Notes under the pieces: model-generated | What the model was told of the DNA's origin: nothing | The model's input: the letters and a program-made list of their open reading frames with translations, nothing else | Databases searched by the model: none | Position numbers and translations under genes: made by a program | From: Patescibacteria group bacterium | Lineage (GTDB): Bacteria > Patescibacteriota > Patescibacteriia > Patescibacteriales > UBA12465 | Direction of reading: 5' to 3' | NCBI GenBank assembly: GCA_027858435.1 | Contig: JAQICS010000015.1 | Location: 1 to 44,553 of the forward strand | Length of the DNA stretch: 44,553 nucleotides | Shown here: positions 1-10,875 of the stretch, one piece after another | Layout: each line of letters starts with the position of its first letter | How positions within the stretch are numbered: the stretch's first letter is position 1

Positions 1-111
1 AAAGAAAATCATTCGGCTTCAAGAATGTGGAGACTTATGTCAGGAAGCTTATTCTAGGTCTTTTGCCCTTCGCTTTGCTCTGGAGCTATACACACTTTTC
101 AACGTAGAGCC
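1..111 (+). mobile_element. Right end of an ISL3-family insertion sequence (transposase C-terminus plus terminal inverted repeat)
   Basis: Frame 3 reads RKSFGFKNVETYVRKLILGLLPFALLWSYTHFST* (stop 105-107), matching the ISL3 C-terminal KRxxxGFRNxxxY motif. It ends in AGAGCC (106-111), the reverse complement of the GGCTCT ISL3 terminus. Truncated by the window edge. Confidence 0.75.
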
Positions 112-245
112 TAGATTTAGGTAATGTGCTCACACATATTGCACTTTTTTGATAAACTAAAGGTATATAAAAAAAATTATTTTTAAAAATTTAGCGTATA
201 AACAACTAAAGATTAAAAATAATTAATATTATAAACTTGTTTTTA

Positions 246-1274
246 TTACTTTAATTTATAATAAGTTGCCTTTCCTTTGCCTAATTTTTCAATTATTCCC
301 AAAGATATTAACTTATTAAAATCTAAATTTCTAGTTGGTTTAGCTCTATTTGTTAAATTAGAATATTCTTGATCAGTAATATAACCCTTTCTTTTAATTA
401 GATTTAAAATTATTTGGTGATGTTTTTTTAAATCATTTTTAGGGGAAATAACTATTTTATTTAATTCCTTACCAACACGAAGTAATTCATCTATAATACC
501 ATCTGTAAAATATTCTAACCATGAAGTAAAATCAATTTCATCTTTAATATCGTAATAATCACCTAAAATACCAACCTCCTTAAAATATTTACTAACATTT
601 TGATTATAATAATTTTCAAAACTGAAAAGATTAAAAGTATCTAAGCCCATTTTTGCCAATAATAACTTAGTAGCTAATCTAGCTGTACGACCGTTACCAT
701 CAACAAATGGATGAATTACTACAAATTGTTTATGAAAAATTCCAGCTAATATCAAAGAGTCAATTTTATTTTCATTGTCAGATAAATACTTAAACAATTC
801 ATTTAATAAATCTTCTACCTCTTTCTCTTCAGGTGGTAAATAAATAGTTTGACCAGTTTTAGGATTATTAACAAAAACTGGTTCTTGTCTAATTTTTCCA
901 CATCTATATTTTTCAATTAAATCTTTAGTTACTGTTTCTTGTATATTTAAAATTAATTTATTGCCAAAAACAATATTCTCTTTTTTAATTAGATTGTCTA
1001 AATCTACCAACGCTTTATTATAATTTAAAATTTCTTTTTCACTATCACGAACATACTCTGGTTTATTCTTTAAAATTCTTTTAACATCTATTAATGGTAA
1101 AGGGTTACCTTCGATGCTTGTTGAAGAAAAGACTGACATCACCCTAGCTCTTATTTTTAATTCAGTTAAAACAACATCAGAAAATCTACGATTATTCAAA
1201 TCAACAATAAGTCCAGCAATTCTTTTAATGTTTGCCAGTAATTTATTAGAAATTGTATATTTTGGATTAAACAT
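246..1274 (-). CDS. Fic-domain protein with N-terminal inhibitory motif and C-terminal winged helix
   Basis: Canonical HPFVDGNGRTAR Fic motif; STSIEGN matches the (S/T)xxxE(G/N) inhibitory helix; wHTH-like C-terminus (LISLGIIEKLGKGKATYY). Confidence 0.92.
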   Translation of the reverse strand: MFNPKYTISNKLLANIKRIAGLIVDLNNRRFSDVVLTELKIRARVMSVFSSTSIEGNPLPLIDVKRILKNKPEYVRDSEKEILNYNKALVDLDNLIKKENIVFGNKLILNIQETVTKDLIEKYRCGKIRQEPVFVNNPKTGQTIYLPPEEKEVEDLLNELFKYLSDNENKIDSLILAGIFHKQFVVIHPFVDGNGRTARLATKLLLAKMGLDTFNLFSFENYYNQNVSKYFKEVGILGDYYDIKDEIDFTSWLEYFTDGIIDELLRVGKELNKIVISPKNDLKKHHQIILNLIKRKGYITDQEYSNLTNRAKPTRNLDFNKLISLGIIEKLGKGKATYYKLK

Positions 1275-1276
1275 AT

Positions 1277-1320
1277 ATAGACGTATTATAGACGTATTAT
1301 AGACGAATAATAGACGAATG
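1277..1320. repeat. Four tandem 11-bp direct repeats ATAGACG(T/A)AT(T/A/G)
   Basis: atagacgtatt / atagacgtatt / atagacgaata / atagacgaatg, directly upstream of the fic start codon. Confidence 0.9.
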
Positions 1321-1324
1321 TCAA
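1296..1324 (-). promoter_or_regulatory. Consensus sigma70 promoter of fic
   Basis: Minus strand TTGACA (1324-1319), 17-bp spacer, TATAAT (1301-1296). Confidence 0.8.
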
Positions 1325-1382
1325 ATTTTTTGGCTACTATTTTTCTTAAAAAATACTTAATTATTAGCCAACATTTCTCTAT

Positions 1383-2660
1383 TTAACTAACTCTTCCTAA
1401 ATATGGGATATTTATTTTCTTTTTGCTAGTTTCTCCTTTAAAGCATTCTCTGCTAGCTTTAGCGTCTCTATGGGTTTTAGCTATATTGGAACTAGAAACA
1501 ATGGCTTTAAAACTTGATCCTAAAAAAATACTATGCTTTCCGTATTTCTTAGAAACCTTATCAAGTCCTGAAAAAATTCTTTCTAGCTTATCATTTTTTA
1601 GACTTTCTAAAAATATATCAGTTTGACAAAGATCGTTTTTAGTTAACTTAGAAAAAACTACTCCACTAGCTCTATACATTCTATATGGAGAATATATATT
1701 TCTAAACTTCTTATCAATTTCTTTAATAATCTCAATTGGATTATTACTAGCTCTTAAAAGTTTTATTTCAAATGAATGATAATTAAAGCTTTGTGTTTTT
1801 AGAAAAAAGAAGACAGATTTTACAGCTAAATTATATCTTCGAAGTTTTATACAAGCATTTTCTACATTCTTAGATAATTGAGAAAACACATAATCATAAT
1901 TATTAATAGCCGGAGTGAAAGTTTTAGTTTTAGAAATCGAATAGAAATTATCTTTTAAATTAGTATTTAGCTTATACACCATATTTCCTTGAAGTTCCTG
2001 CCAAATTTCATATTGTAGTTTATGAAGTCTTGTTTTTATATAATCATAGCTTTTATTAACATATTCATAGGCTGTTTTTATCCCTATTTCATTTAATTTC
2101 AAACTAGTTTGTGGTCCTATACCCCAAACATCAATTACCTCAAGATCTTTAAGATAATTATTTATCTCTTCTCTTTCTATAATAGTTAGACCAGATGGTT
2201 TATTCCACTTAGAAGCAATTTTAGCCAGTGTTTTAGTTGGAGCTAATCCAACAGAGAAATTAAATCCTAATTCTTTATCAAGCGTTTCTTTTATCTCCTT
2301 AGCTATTTGAGATAAGCTTTTGTTATATAGCTTATCTAAGCCTGTTAAATCAACAAAACACTCATCAATGCTGTATTCTTCTACTTCTGAGCTATATCGT
2401 CTTACAATGTTATACATTCTCTTAGAATACAGACTGTATGTTTCATAGTCTGAGGGGATAAAAATAATGTCTTTACAAACTCTTTTTGCTTCAATTATAC
2501 TCATCCCTCTTTTAATTCCCTTATATTTTGCCTCATAACTTAGGGCAGACACTATTCCTCTTTCCATTCCAGTGGCAACTGGCTTCCCTCTAAGTTTTGG
2601 CCACTTAGCTAGCTCACAGGAAACAAAGAAACAATCAGCGTCAATATGAAGTATTGTCAT
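1383..2660 (-). CDS. Y-family translesion DNA polymerase (UmuC/DinB-like)
   Basis: HIDADCFF, SYEAK, YSIDECF, KTLAKIAS and VWGIG motifs; QTDIF clamp-binding-like motif followed by an UmuC-type tail (LDKVSKKYGK). Confidence 0.93.
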   Translation of the reverse strand: MTILHIDADCFFVSCELAKWPKLRGKPVATGMERGIVSALSYEAKYKGIKRGMSIIEAKRVCKDIIFIPSDYETYSLYSKRMYNIVRRYSSEVEEYSIDECFVDLTGLDKLYNKSLSQIAKEIKETLDKELGFNFSVGLAPTKTLAKIASKWNKPSGLTIIEREEINNYLKDLEVIDVWGIGPQTSLKLNEIGIKTAYEYVNKSYDYIKTRLHKLQYEIWQELQGNMVYKLNTNLKDNFYSISKTKTFTPAINNYDYVFSQLSKNVENACIKLRRYNLAVKSVFFFLKTQSFNYHSFEIKLLRASNNPIEIIKEIDKKFRNIYSPYRMYRASGVVFSKLTKNDLCQTDIFLESLKNDKLERIFSGLDKVSKKYGKHSIFLGSSFKAIVSSSNIAKTHRDAKASRECFKGETSKKKINIPYLGRVS

Positions 2661-2671
2661 ATTTTAATATA

Positions 2672-3256
2672 TTAATATTTTCTAATAACCGCCCTTACCA
2701 CTGCTGCTATTTTTAATTCTTCCTGAGGATATATTCTTAAATACTTAGAATTAGCTGGTTCTAAAAAAACAATTTTTCCAGTTTTACGTAAGTACTTTAT
2801 CGTCCATTGATTATCTACTTGAGCGATAACGATATCACCACTGGTGGCGGTTAAACTACGATCAGCTAAAACCATGTCTCCTTCCATTATTCCAGCATCT
2901 TTCATGGAGTCTCCACTAACCTTTAACATATAGGTAGCATCCTTATTATTTATCAAATACTCATCTAAGCTCATAGTATCAGCTAGCTCCTCTTCAGCAG
3001 GAGATGGAAACCCAGCCACTACTTCCCCTAAAATCTTAAGCTTACCAAATATACTTTTAGGAATTAATCTTCCCTTCTCATCTTTTCCTAAAAAATCTTC
3101 CTCAATTAATTTATTGACAAGTTTAAAAACTGAGTTTTTAGATTTAAATTTTAAAATTTCCATTATCTCAGAATAGCTAGGCATTCTTTTATTTAATTTA
3201 TAGAAATTCTTAATTTGTTTTTTATACCTTTCGTTTATTTCTCCTACATTTGTCAT
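2672..3256 (-). CDS. lexA: LexA-family repressor with UmuD-like S24 peptidase domain
   Basis: N-terminal wHTH (MPSYSEIMEILKFKSKNSV); AG cleavage site in VAGFPSPA; catalytic Ser in SGDSM and Lys in TIKY. Confidence 0.85.
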   Translation of the reverse strand: MTNVGEINERYKKQIKNFYKLNKRMPSYSEIMEILKFKSKNSVFKLVNKLIEEDFLGKDEKGRLIPKSIFGKLKILGEVVAGFPSPAEEELADTMSLDEYLINNKDATYMLKVSGDSMKDAGIMEGDMVLADRSLTATSGDIVIAQVDNQWTIKYLRKTGKIVFLEPANSKYLRIYPQEELKIAAVVRAVIRKY

Positions 3257-3324
3257 ATGTTTGATAAATATTAATTTAACTTAATAAAAAATAGTTAAAA
3301 AAATAATAAATTAGATATATTTAT

Positions 3325-3353
3325 ATTATAGTAAACAATCGTTCACCTGTAAA
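3325..3353 (-). promoter_or_regulatory. lexA promoter with candidate SOS box in the spacer
   Basis: Minus strand TTTACA-17-TATAAT. The spacer holds the palindrome GTAAAC-AATC-GTTCAC (3331-3346), one mismatch from GAAC-N4-GTTC. Confidence 0.72.
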
Positions 3354-3398
3354 GATAATAAAAAAAATAGACTATATTTAATAATCTATTTCTTCTTG

Positions 3399-3471
3399 AG
3401 CCGTTGACCGGGCTTGAACCGGTGACCTTCTCCTTACCATGGAGACGCTCTACCAACTGAGCTACAACGGC
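3399..3471 (-). tRNA. tRNA-Thr(GGT)
   Basis: Cloverleaf GCCGTTG...CAACGGC; anticodon arm TCTCC-ATGGTAA-GGAGA; GGTTCAAGCCC T arm; CCA not encoded. Confidence 0.95.
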
Positions 3472-4290
3472 CTACTCTTCTCTTTCTTTTAACATTTCAA
3501 TCTCTTCTTTCCATACTTCTATTTTTTTATTTTCAGGATTATTTTCTACCAATCTTTCTAAATAGGAAATAGCTGATTTTTTATCATTTCTCATTATACT
3601 TAAATCCAATATTAAATCAAGAAATCTTGGATTGTTTTTTTCTATTTCTAACGCTTCAGCTGCTTCATCAAAAGAAAGCTCAATATTTTCAGCTTCTTTT
3701 AACATCTCAGCTAGAGAAAAATGAATTTCAGCTGTATTTATATCTCCAGAAAAAATATCTTCTTTTTTTCTTTTCTTAGCTAACTTTAAAGCATGACGAA
3801 ATACTTGTTCAGATTCTGTCCATTTTTTAGATTGTTGATATGCTTTTCCTAAATAGAAGAAAGCTTCTAAGTTTCTTTGCTCAAGTGAAATTATCTCAAG
3901 TAGTTTTTCTACGGCTAACTCACTTTTTTATTCAGCTAAGTCATTTTGAGCTTTAGAAAAAAGATCTTTAATTAATTTTTCTTTCTCAGACCAAGAAATC
4001 TTTTTCTTTTTATAATTACTCTTTACTTTTTTAAGTTTCTTTTCTGAAAAATCAACAAAGCTTAAAAACCTGTCTTTTATCTTTAACCAAAGATTAGCAA
4101 ATAATCCACTTAATTTACTAATATCTCTATCTACTCTTTTTTTAATAATTGCTTTTTTAGCACTTGCTTCCTTTTCACCAGGAATGTTTTCCACATTTAA
4201 AACCGCTAGTACCGGAAACTTCCTTACTATAATAATTATAATAATAAAAAGTGAAATTACTGCAATTATTAAAAATATATTATCTGACAT
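3472..4290 (-). pseudogene. Membrane-anchored TPR protein interrupted by one in-frame TAA
   Basis: ORFs 3928-4290 and 3472-3705 share a frame. After the TAA at 3930-3928 the frame stays open and encodes a TPR repeat (EAFFYLGKAYQQSKKWTESEQVFRHAL). Confidence 0.75.
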
Positions 4291-5017
4291 AATTTTTCTT
4301 AAAAATTTTAGAAAATTCTTGATAATTTAAACTAGCTCCACCAATTAATAATCCATCTATTTGTTTATACTTTAGAAATTCACTAGAATTACTGGCCTTA
4401 ATACTACCACCGTAGAAAACTTTTACTTTCTTTTTAAAATCATTATAGATTAGATCTTTAATATAAATTGATGTTTCATTAACTTTTTCTGCCTCAGGTG
4501 TTTTACCACTTCCAATTGCCCAAATTGGTTCATAGGCAATAGAAATATTTGTTAATTCTTTCTTTAACACATCTTTTAAAGCTCCTTTAAGTTGAGTCTT
4601 TAAAATACTTTTGGTTTTTTTATTCTTTTTCTCAGTTAAATTTTCCCCCACACATAGTATCACCTTTAAACCAACTTTTAAAGCCTGTTTAATTTTGTTG
4701 TTTATTATCTCATTATCTTCTTTTTGATACTTTCTTCTTTCGCTGTGTCCAATAATTACATATTTAGCCCCACTTTCTATAATACTTTGAGAAGCTACTT
4801 CTCCGGTGTATGAGCCATATGAATAAGCGGCACAATCTTGTGCTCCTAAATATATATCTTTTCTTTTAAGTTTTTGATTAATTAAATTTAAACTTAAAAA
4901 ATCTGGACATACTATTATTTCATTGTCTGTTTTAATCTTTGCTATTTTATTTGCCAATATCAATGATTCTTTAATTGAAAGATTCATCTTCCAATTAGCA
5001 ATAATTGTTTTACTCAT
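4280..5017 (-). CDS. tpiA: Triosephosphate isomerase
   Basis: ANWKMN, GHSERR, AYEPIWAIG, YGGS and LIGGASL all intact. Confidence 0.97.
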   Translation of the reverse strand: MSKTIIANWKMNLSIKESLILANKIAKIKTDNEIIVCPDFLSLNLINQKLKRKDIYLGAQDCAAYSYGSYTGEVASQSIIESGAKYVIIGHSERRKYQKEDNEIINNKIKQALKVGLKVILCVGENLTEKKNKKTKSILKTQLKGALKDVLKKELTNISIAYEPIWAIGSGKTPEAEKVNETSIYIKDLIYNDFKKKVKVFYGGSIKASNSSEFLKYKQIDGLLIGGASLNYQEFSKIFKKNYVR

Positions 5018-5078
5018 ACTTAATTAATTTACTTAATTAATAATTTATGTTTTTATCTTTCTTCTTTTTTGCTTGTCT

Positions 5079-5288
5079 TTATTCTACTTCTTGATATTTT
5101 AATCTGTATTCTTCATCACTCATGGTTAAATACATTATTGCCTCTATTACCCCAATTATTGAAGGAATAATTGTCCAGGAAAAAAGTAAATAAAGGAAAC
5201 CTTTACCAATTTTATTTTGATAAAATTTATGAGCTCCCATGCCTCCTAAAAATACAGCTAGGATAACCGCTATTGTTCTTGTTTTCAT
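5079..5288 (-). CDS. TM2/NINE-domain small membrane protein
   Basis: LAVFLGGMGAHKFY...GFLYLLFSWT signature. Confidence 0.85.
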   Translation of the reverse strand: MKTRTIAVILAVFLGGMGAHKFYQNKIGKGFLYLLFSWTIIPSIIGVIEAIMYLTMSDEEYRLKYQEVE

Positions 5289-5342
5289 ATAATTTATATT
5301 AATTATCTCTTCTTAGTATAGTTTAACGCATATTTAAAAAAA

Positions 5343-5363
5343 ATCCCAGTTTTAAACTGGGAT
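5343..5363 (-). terminator. Intrinsic terminator after the M23 gene
   Basis: atcccagttt/aaactgggat stem followed on the minus strand by a T tract. Confidence 0.7.
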
Positions 5364-5383
5364 ATTTATTTTATATTATTGTA

Positions 5384-6625
5384 TTATTTTCTAAGTTTTT
5401 CTTGATAATCATTTATCTCATTAAAGAATCTTTCCTTGTTTTCTTCTTTTATCGGTTTACCCGGTGGAAGAACTTCATTTAAAGGATTAATTTTAGATCC
5501 ATTTTTTACCATTTCATAGTGAAGATGAGGTCCAGTTGAAAAACCAGTAGAACCAACATAGCCAATTACATCTCCTTGTTTAATCTTTTGACCAGTTCTA
5601 ACTGCTATCTTTGACATGTGGCCATAATTAGTTGAATAAGTACCATTATGTCTAACTTTTACCATATAGCCATAGGGACCATTCCAACCCGCAAAAGAGA
5701 TTGTACCATCACCAACTGTTCTAATTGGTGTTCCAGTAATAGCGGCGTAATCAATAGCTCTGTGTCCAGTTGAAACATTAAAGGCGGCTACATAACGAGA
5801 ACCAGTGGTAAAACCAGATGAAATATATTTAAAAGAAAGTGGGGCTTTTAGAAACATTTTTTGTACCGAATTTGCTTCCTTATCAAAATACCCTTTATTC
5901 TCCTCATTTTCTTCAAAGTAGTATAGCTCATAAGGTTCTCCGGCATTAACATATCTAGCTGCTAAAACTTTTCCTGGTCTTACATATTCTCCATCTAAAT
6001 AAAGTTTTTCGTATATAAACTTAAAGGTGTCACCTTTTCTTGGATCTTTAGCAAAATCTATACTCCATTGAAAAGCATCAGCCATAGCGATAATTGCTCT
6101 TTCATCAATATCTTGAGACATAGCCGCTTCGTATAAAGAACTTTCAACCTTACCCCCTGATGTTACTACTTTAGTTTCATAAGGGATTTTTCTGATTTTA
6201 ACTTCTAATGGATCTTTTTCAAAATTAACAAATAATTCTTCTTCACTGTCCATTTTATAGATCATCTCTTCTAACTTGTCTGTTTTTTTATCAAATTTAA
6301 ATTCTAAAAAATAACCAGCTCTAATTTTAGCTAAATCGTATATTTCTTTACTCTCGTTATAAATAGAATTACAGATTGTATTTAACACCCCTGCTCTTTT
6401 AGCTGCTTTTGAGAAAGTATCACCTGATTCAATCTCTATCATTTTCCTATAATAATCTGGCTCTTTAACCGCTATTTTTTCTTCTATTTCTTCTTCACCT
6501 ACTTTATTCTTTTGATTTAAATGATTATAAGCTTGTGATTTATTAGAAAAATAGAAAATGAAAAATATAATTATAAGAACTAATAATACTATTGACAAAA
6601 TTGTTATTCTCTTGTTTCTATTCAT
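5384..6625 (-). CDS. M23-family murein DD-endopeptidase (MepM-like), membrane anchored
   Basis: N-terminal TM helix; HRAID and HLH zinc motifs; GYVGSTGFSTGPH. Confidence 0.92.
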   Translation of the reverse strand: MNRNKRITILSIVLLVLIIIFFIFYFSNKSQAYNHLNQKNKVGEEEIEEKIAVKEPDYYRKMIEIESGDTFSKAAKRAGVLNTICNSIYNESKEIYDLAKIRAGYFLEFKFDKKTDKLEEMIYKMDSEEELFVNFEKDPLEVKIRKIPYETKVVTSGGKVESSLYEAAMSQDIDERAIIAMADAFQWSIDFAKDPRKGDTFKFIYEKLYLDGEYVRPGKVLAARYVNAGEPYELYYFEENEENKGYFDKEANSVQKMFLKAPLSFKYISSGFTTGSRYVAAFNVSTGHRAIDYAAITGTPIRTVGDGTISFAGWNGPYGYMVKVRHNGTYSTNYGHMSKIAVRTGQKIKQGDVIGYVGSTGFSTGPHLHYEMVKNGSKINPLNEVLPPGKPIKEENKERFFNEINDYQEKLRK

Positions 6626-6702
6626 AAGTTTTTGTTTACTTATTAAGGTTAATACAAAATTAAAAAAATGCCAAATGCTTAAGACTAAACAGATTAATAT
6701 AG

Positions 6703-8856
<2,154 letters not shown>

Positions 8857-8861
8857 ACTAT

Positions 8862-9326
8862 ATGGAAAATTTTTTAAACCAATATTTAATTCTAATTTGC
8901 CCGATCATTGCTTTCATTATTGCTCAAGGAACTAAAGTGTTAATTAGGGCAACGAATGGTAAAATAACATTTAAGGATATATTTTCCTATTCTGATATGC
9001 CAAGTGGTCACACTGCTGTTGTAACCTCCTTAGCAGCAATTGTTGCTTTAAGAGAAGGAATGGACTCTAGTTTATTTGCTATTTCTTTCGTTTTTGCCAC
9101 TATCGTTATCGTTGATGCAATTGGCTTAAGAAATTATCTAGGCCAACATGGAAAAACTTTAAACATTTTAGTAAGAGATTTAAAGGATGATGAATTTCTT
9201 GATTTCTCATATCCAAGATTATTAGAAAAAATTGGCCACACTCCGATACAGGTTTTAGTTGGTGGCACAATCGGAATTATAACTAGTTTAATTGGTTTCT
9301 GGTTTTTTAGTAACTTTATTATTTAA
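8862..9326 (+). CDS. Divergent PAP2 / DUF212-family membrane protein
   Basis: AQGTK, MPSGHTA, DAIGLR and EKIGHTPIQV motifs. Confidence 0.85.
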   Translation: MENFLNQYLILICPIIAFIIAQGTKVLIRATNGKITFKDIFSYSDMPSGHTAVVTSLAAIVALREGMDSSLFAISFVFATIVIVDAIGLRNYLGQHGKTLNILVRDLKDDEFLDFSYPRLLEKIGHTPIQVLVGGTIGIITSLIGFWFFSNFII

Positions 9327-9388
9327 ACTAAAACAATAAACTACTAATTATTTTATATTATTAAACCTACAATTTATATATATAAAAC

Positions 9389-9418
9389 AAACCGCCTCTT
9401 TTTGAGACGGTTTTTTTG
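9389..9418. terminator. Intrinsic terminator between convergent genes, probably bidirectional
   Basis: aaaccgcctc-ttttt-gagacggttt hairpin flanked by A-rich and T tracts. Confidence 0.7.
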
Positions 9419-9586
9419 TTAGTCGTTTTGACTAAAACTAAAAATTAGGTGGTTAGTATCTTCCACAATGTTTTCCGGTGGATAATTAGCTACCACAAAA
9501 TCATTAATAAAATCCGGGTCAGACACTTGATAATTAAAACTTTCTTTGTTTCTCTCTTTTCTTTTTTCTCTTTCTTCTTTGTCCAT
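9419..9586 (-). CDS. Small hypothetical protein (55 aa), not in the ORF track
   Basis: ATG 6 nt after the upstream stop; MDKEEREKRKERNKESFNYQVSDPDFINDFVVANYPPENIVEDTNHLIFSFSQND; ends at the terminator. Confidence 0.5.
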   Translation of the reverse strand: MDKEEREKRKERNKESFNYQVSDPDFINDFVVANYPPENIVEDTNHLIFSFSQND

Positions 9587-9592
9587 AAATAT

Positions 9593-9877
9593 TTATTTTT
9601 TCAAATTCATCATTTCAACAATTTCTTCTTTAGGTATTTTTTCTCCTCCTCTTCTTTTTGTTTTTTTTAAAAGATAATTACCAGGATCAAATTCCCATAA
9701 TAATTTCTTCAAAGATCTTTGAGCAATTCCTTTATCATGCAATTCTTCAATGCTATTGTTTTTCAATGCATCTTCGATAAAAGCGATGACAATTTTTTTA
9801 GTATAATCTTGAAATCCTAAATCATCTAGTATCCGGACTTCCCTTCTTGTTAAATTTTTTAGTTCTTTCTTTTTCAT
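9593..9877 (-). CDS. Hypothetical basic protein (94 aa)
   Basis: ATG start, genome-typical composition, minus-strand TTGACA upstream (9941-9936). Confidence 0.65.
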   Translation of the reverse strand: MKKKELKNLTRREVRILDDLGFQDYTKKIVIAFIEDALKNNSIEELHDKGIAQRSLKKLLWEFDPGNYLLKKTKRRGGEKIPKEEIVEMMNLKK

Positions 9878-9966
9878 AGTATTCAGTTTTCAAAGTTCCA
9901 ATTTGTTAATATAAATTAACAAATAAAAAGACAAATGTCAATTAATATTTGTCTTAAATAGTTAAA

Positions 9967-10869
9967 CTATAGGTTAGAGAATAGATTTTTTCCAGTCATT
10001 GATGGAGACTTTTCAATATTAAAAAAGCTCAGTATACTTGGTGCTAAATCAGCTAAAGTACCTACTTTTTCCAGTAAGCTTAGGTCATAGCTATTTGAAT
10101 CATGAAATCCAATAGAAAGTCCTTCAAATTCTTCTGCAACTAAAATTAAAGGTAATGGATTGTTAGTAATTTTTTTATCAGGTAAATCAGTTCCTAAATC
10201 TATCATTTTTTCTGCATTACCAGATGCAGAAGATATTATTAATTTTCCTTTTTTCTCTAAAATATTTTCAACTAATTTTTTAATTCTTTTATCAACCTCA
10301 GTTATTGTTTTTTTAGTTCTCTCTAAATCTCCTTCTGAGGCACTTAAGTCAATAGCGGAAACTGAAACCGCGATAAAGTTAGATGTAATATCTTTATCTA
10401 ATTCTTTAAAAACTTCTTTAAATATTAAATCAGTAGCGGAATTTGAAAATCCTTTTTTATTATTATTTTCAGATGAAATTGTTTCCCAAACTTCATGACT
10501 ATGTTTTACATCCCTTCCTCCATTAAAAAAATTGGTTAAGGCAGCTAAACGAAGTGTTTCGGTTATTTTAACTTGTTTTAACCCTTTGTCTGCAATTAGA
10601 GATGATATTGTGGTATCTGCTACCAGGTTTTCATCTTTTATATCACAGCCAGCTCCTATGCTTAAATAGCGAGCGTTTATAGAGCTGGGAAGCGTTCTTA
10701 ATGAGGCGGCTGGATAGTTTTTAATTAACTCATTTATATTTGGAGTTTGGGCTAAGCTCAGAGCATTTCCTTCGTTATCAGGAGCAATACCAAAACCATC
10801 AAGAAGCAGGAGTACTACTGGCTTAATTTCGGGTAAGGGGTCATCTTCTTGTTCTTTTAAATCTTCCAT
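9967..10869 (-). CDS. gpmI: Shortened, degenerate cofactor-independent phosphoglycerate mutase homolog
   Basis: KPVVLLLLDGFG, GNALSLAQTPN, TNFFNGGR and GTLADLAPSIL...MTG are iPGM motifs. Only 300 aa; catalytic Ser motif and most metal ligands lost. Confidence 0.75.
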   Translation of the reverse strand: MEDLKEQEDDPLPEIKPVVLLLLDGFGIAPDNEGNALSLAQTPNINELIKNYPAASLRTLPSSINARYLSIGAGCDIKDENLVADTTISSLIADKGLKQVKITETLRLAALTNFFNGGRDVKHSHEVWETISSENNNKKGFSNSATDLIFKEVFKELDKDITSNFIAVSVSAIDLSASEGDLERTKKTITEVDKRIKKLVENILEKKGKLIISSASGNAEKMIDLGTDLPDKKITNNPLPLILVAEEFEGLSIGFHDSNSYDLSLLEKVGTLADLAPSILSFFNIEKSPSMTGKNLFSNL

Positions 10870-10875
10870 ATAAAA

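Noticed and set aside
1277-1320. Tandem repeats as a CRISPR array or plasmid iterons
   Set aside because: Repeats are 11 bp, contiguous and spacer-free, with no cas or rep gene nearby; they overlap a promoter.
3928-3930. Alternative genetic code or stop recoding
   Set aside because: TAA ends many conserved genes here and TGA ends the L,D-transpeptidase at its natural C-terminus; no other internal stops were seen.
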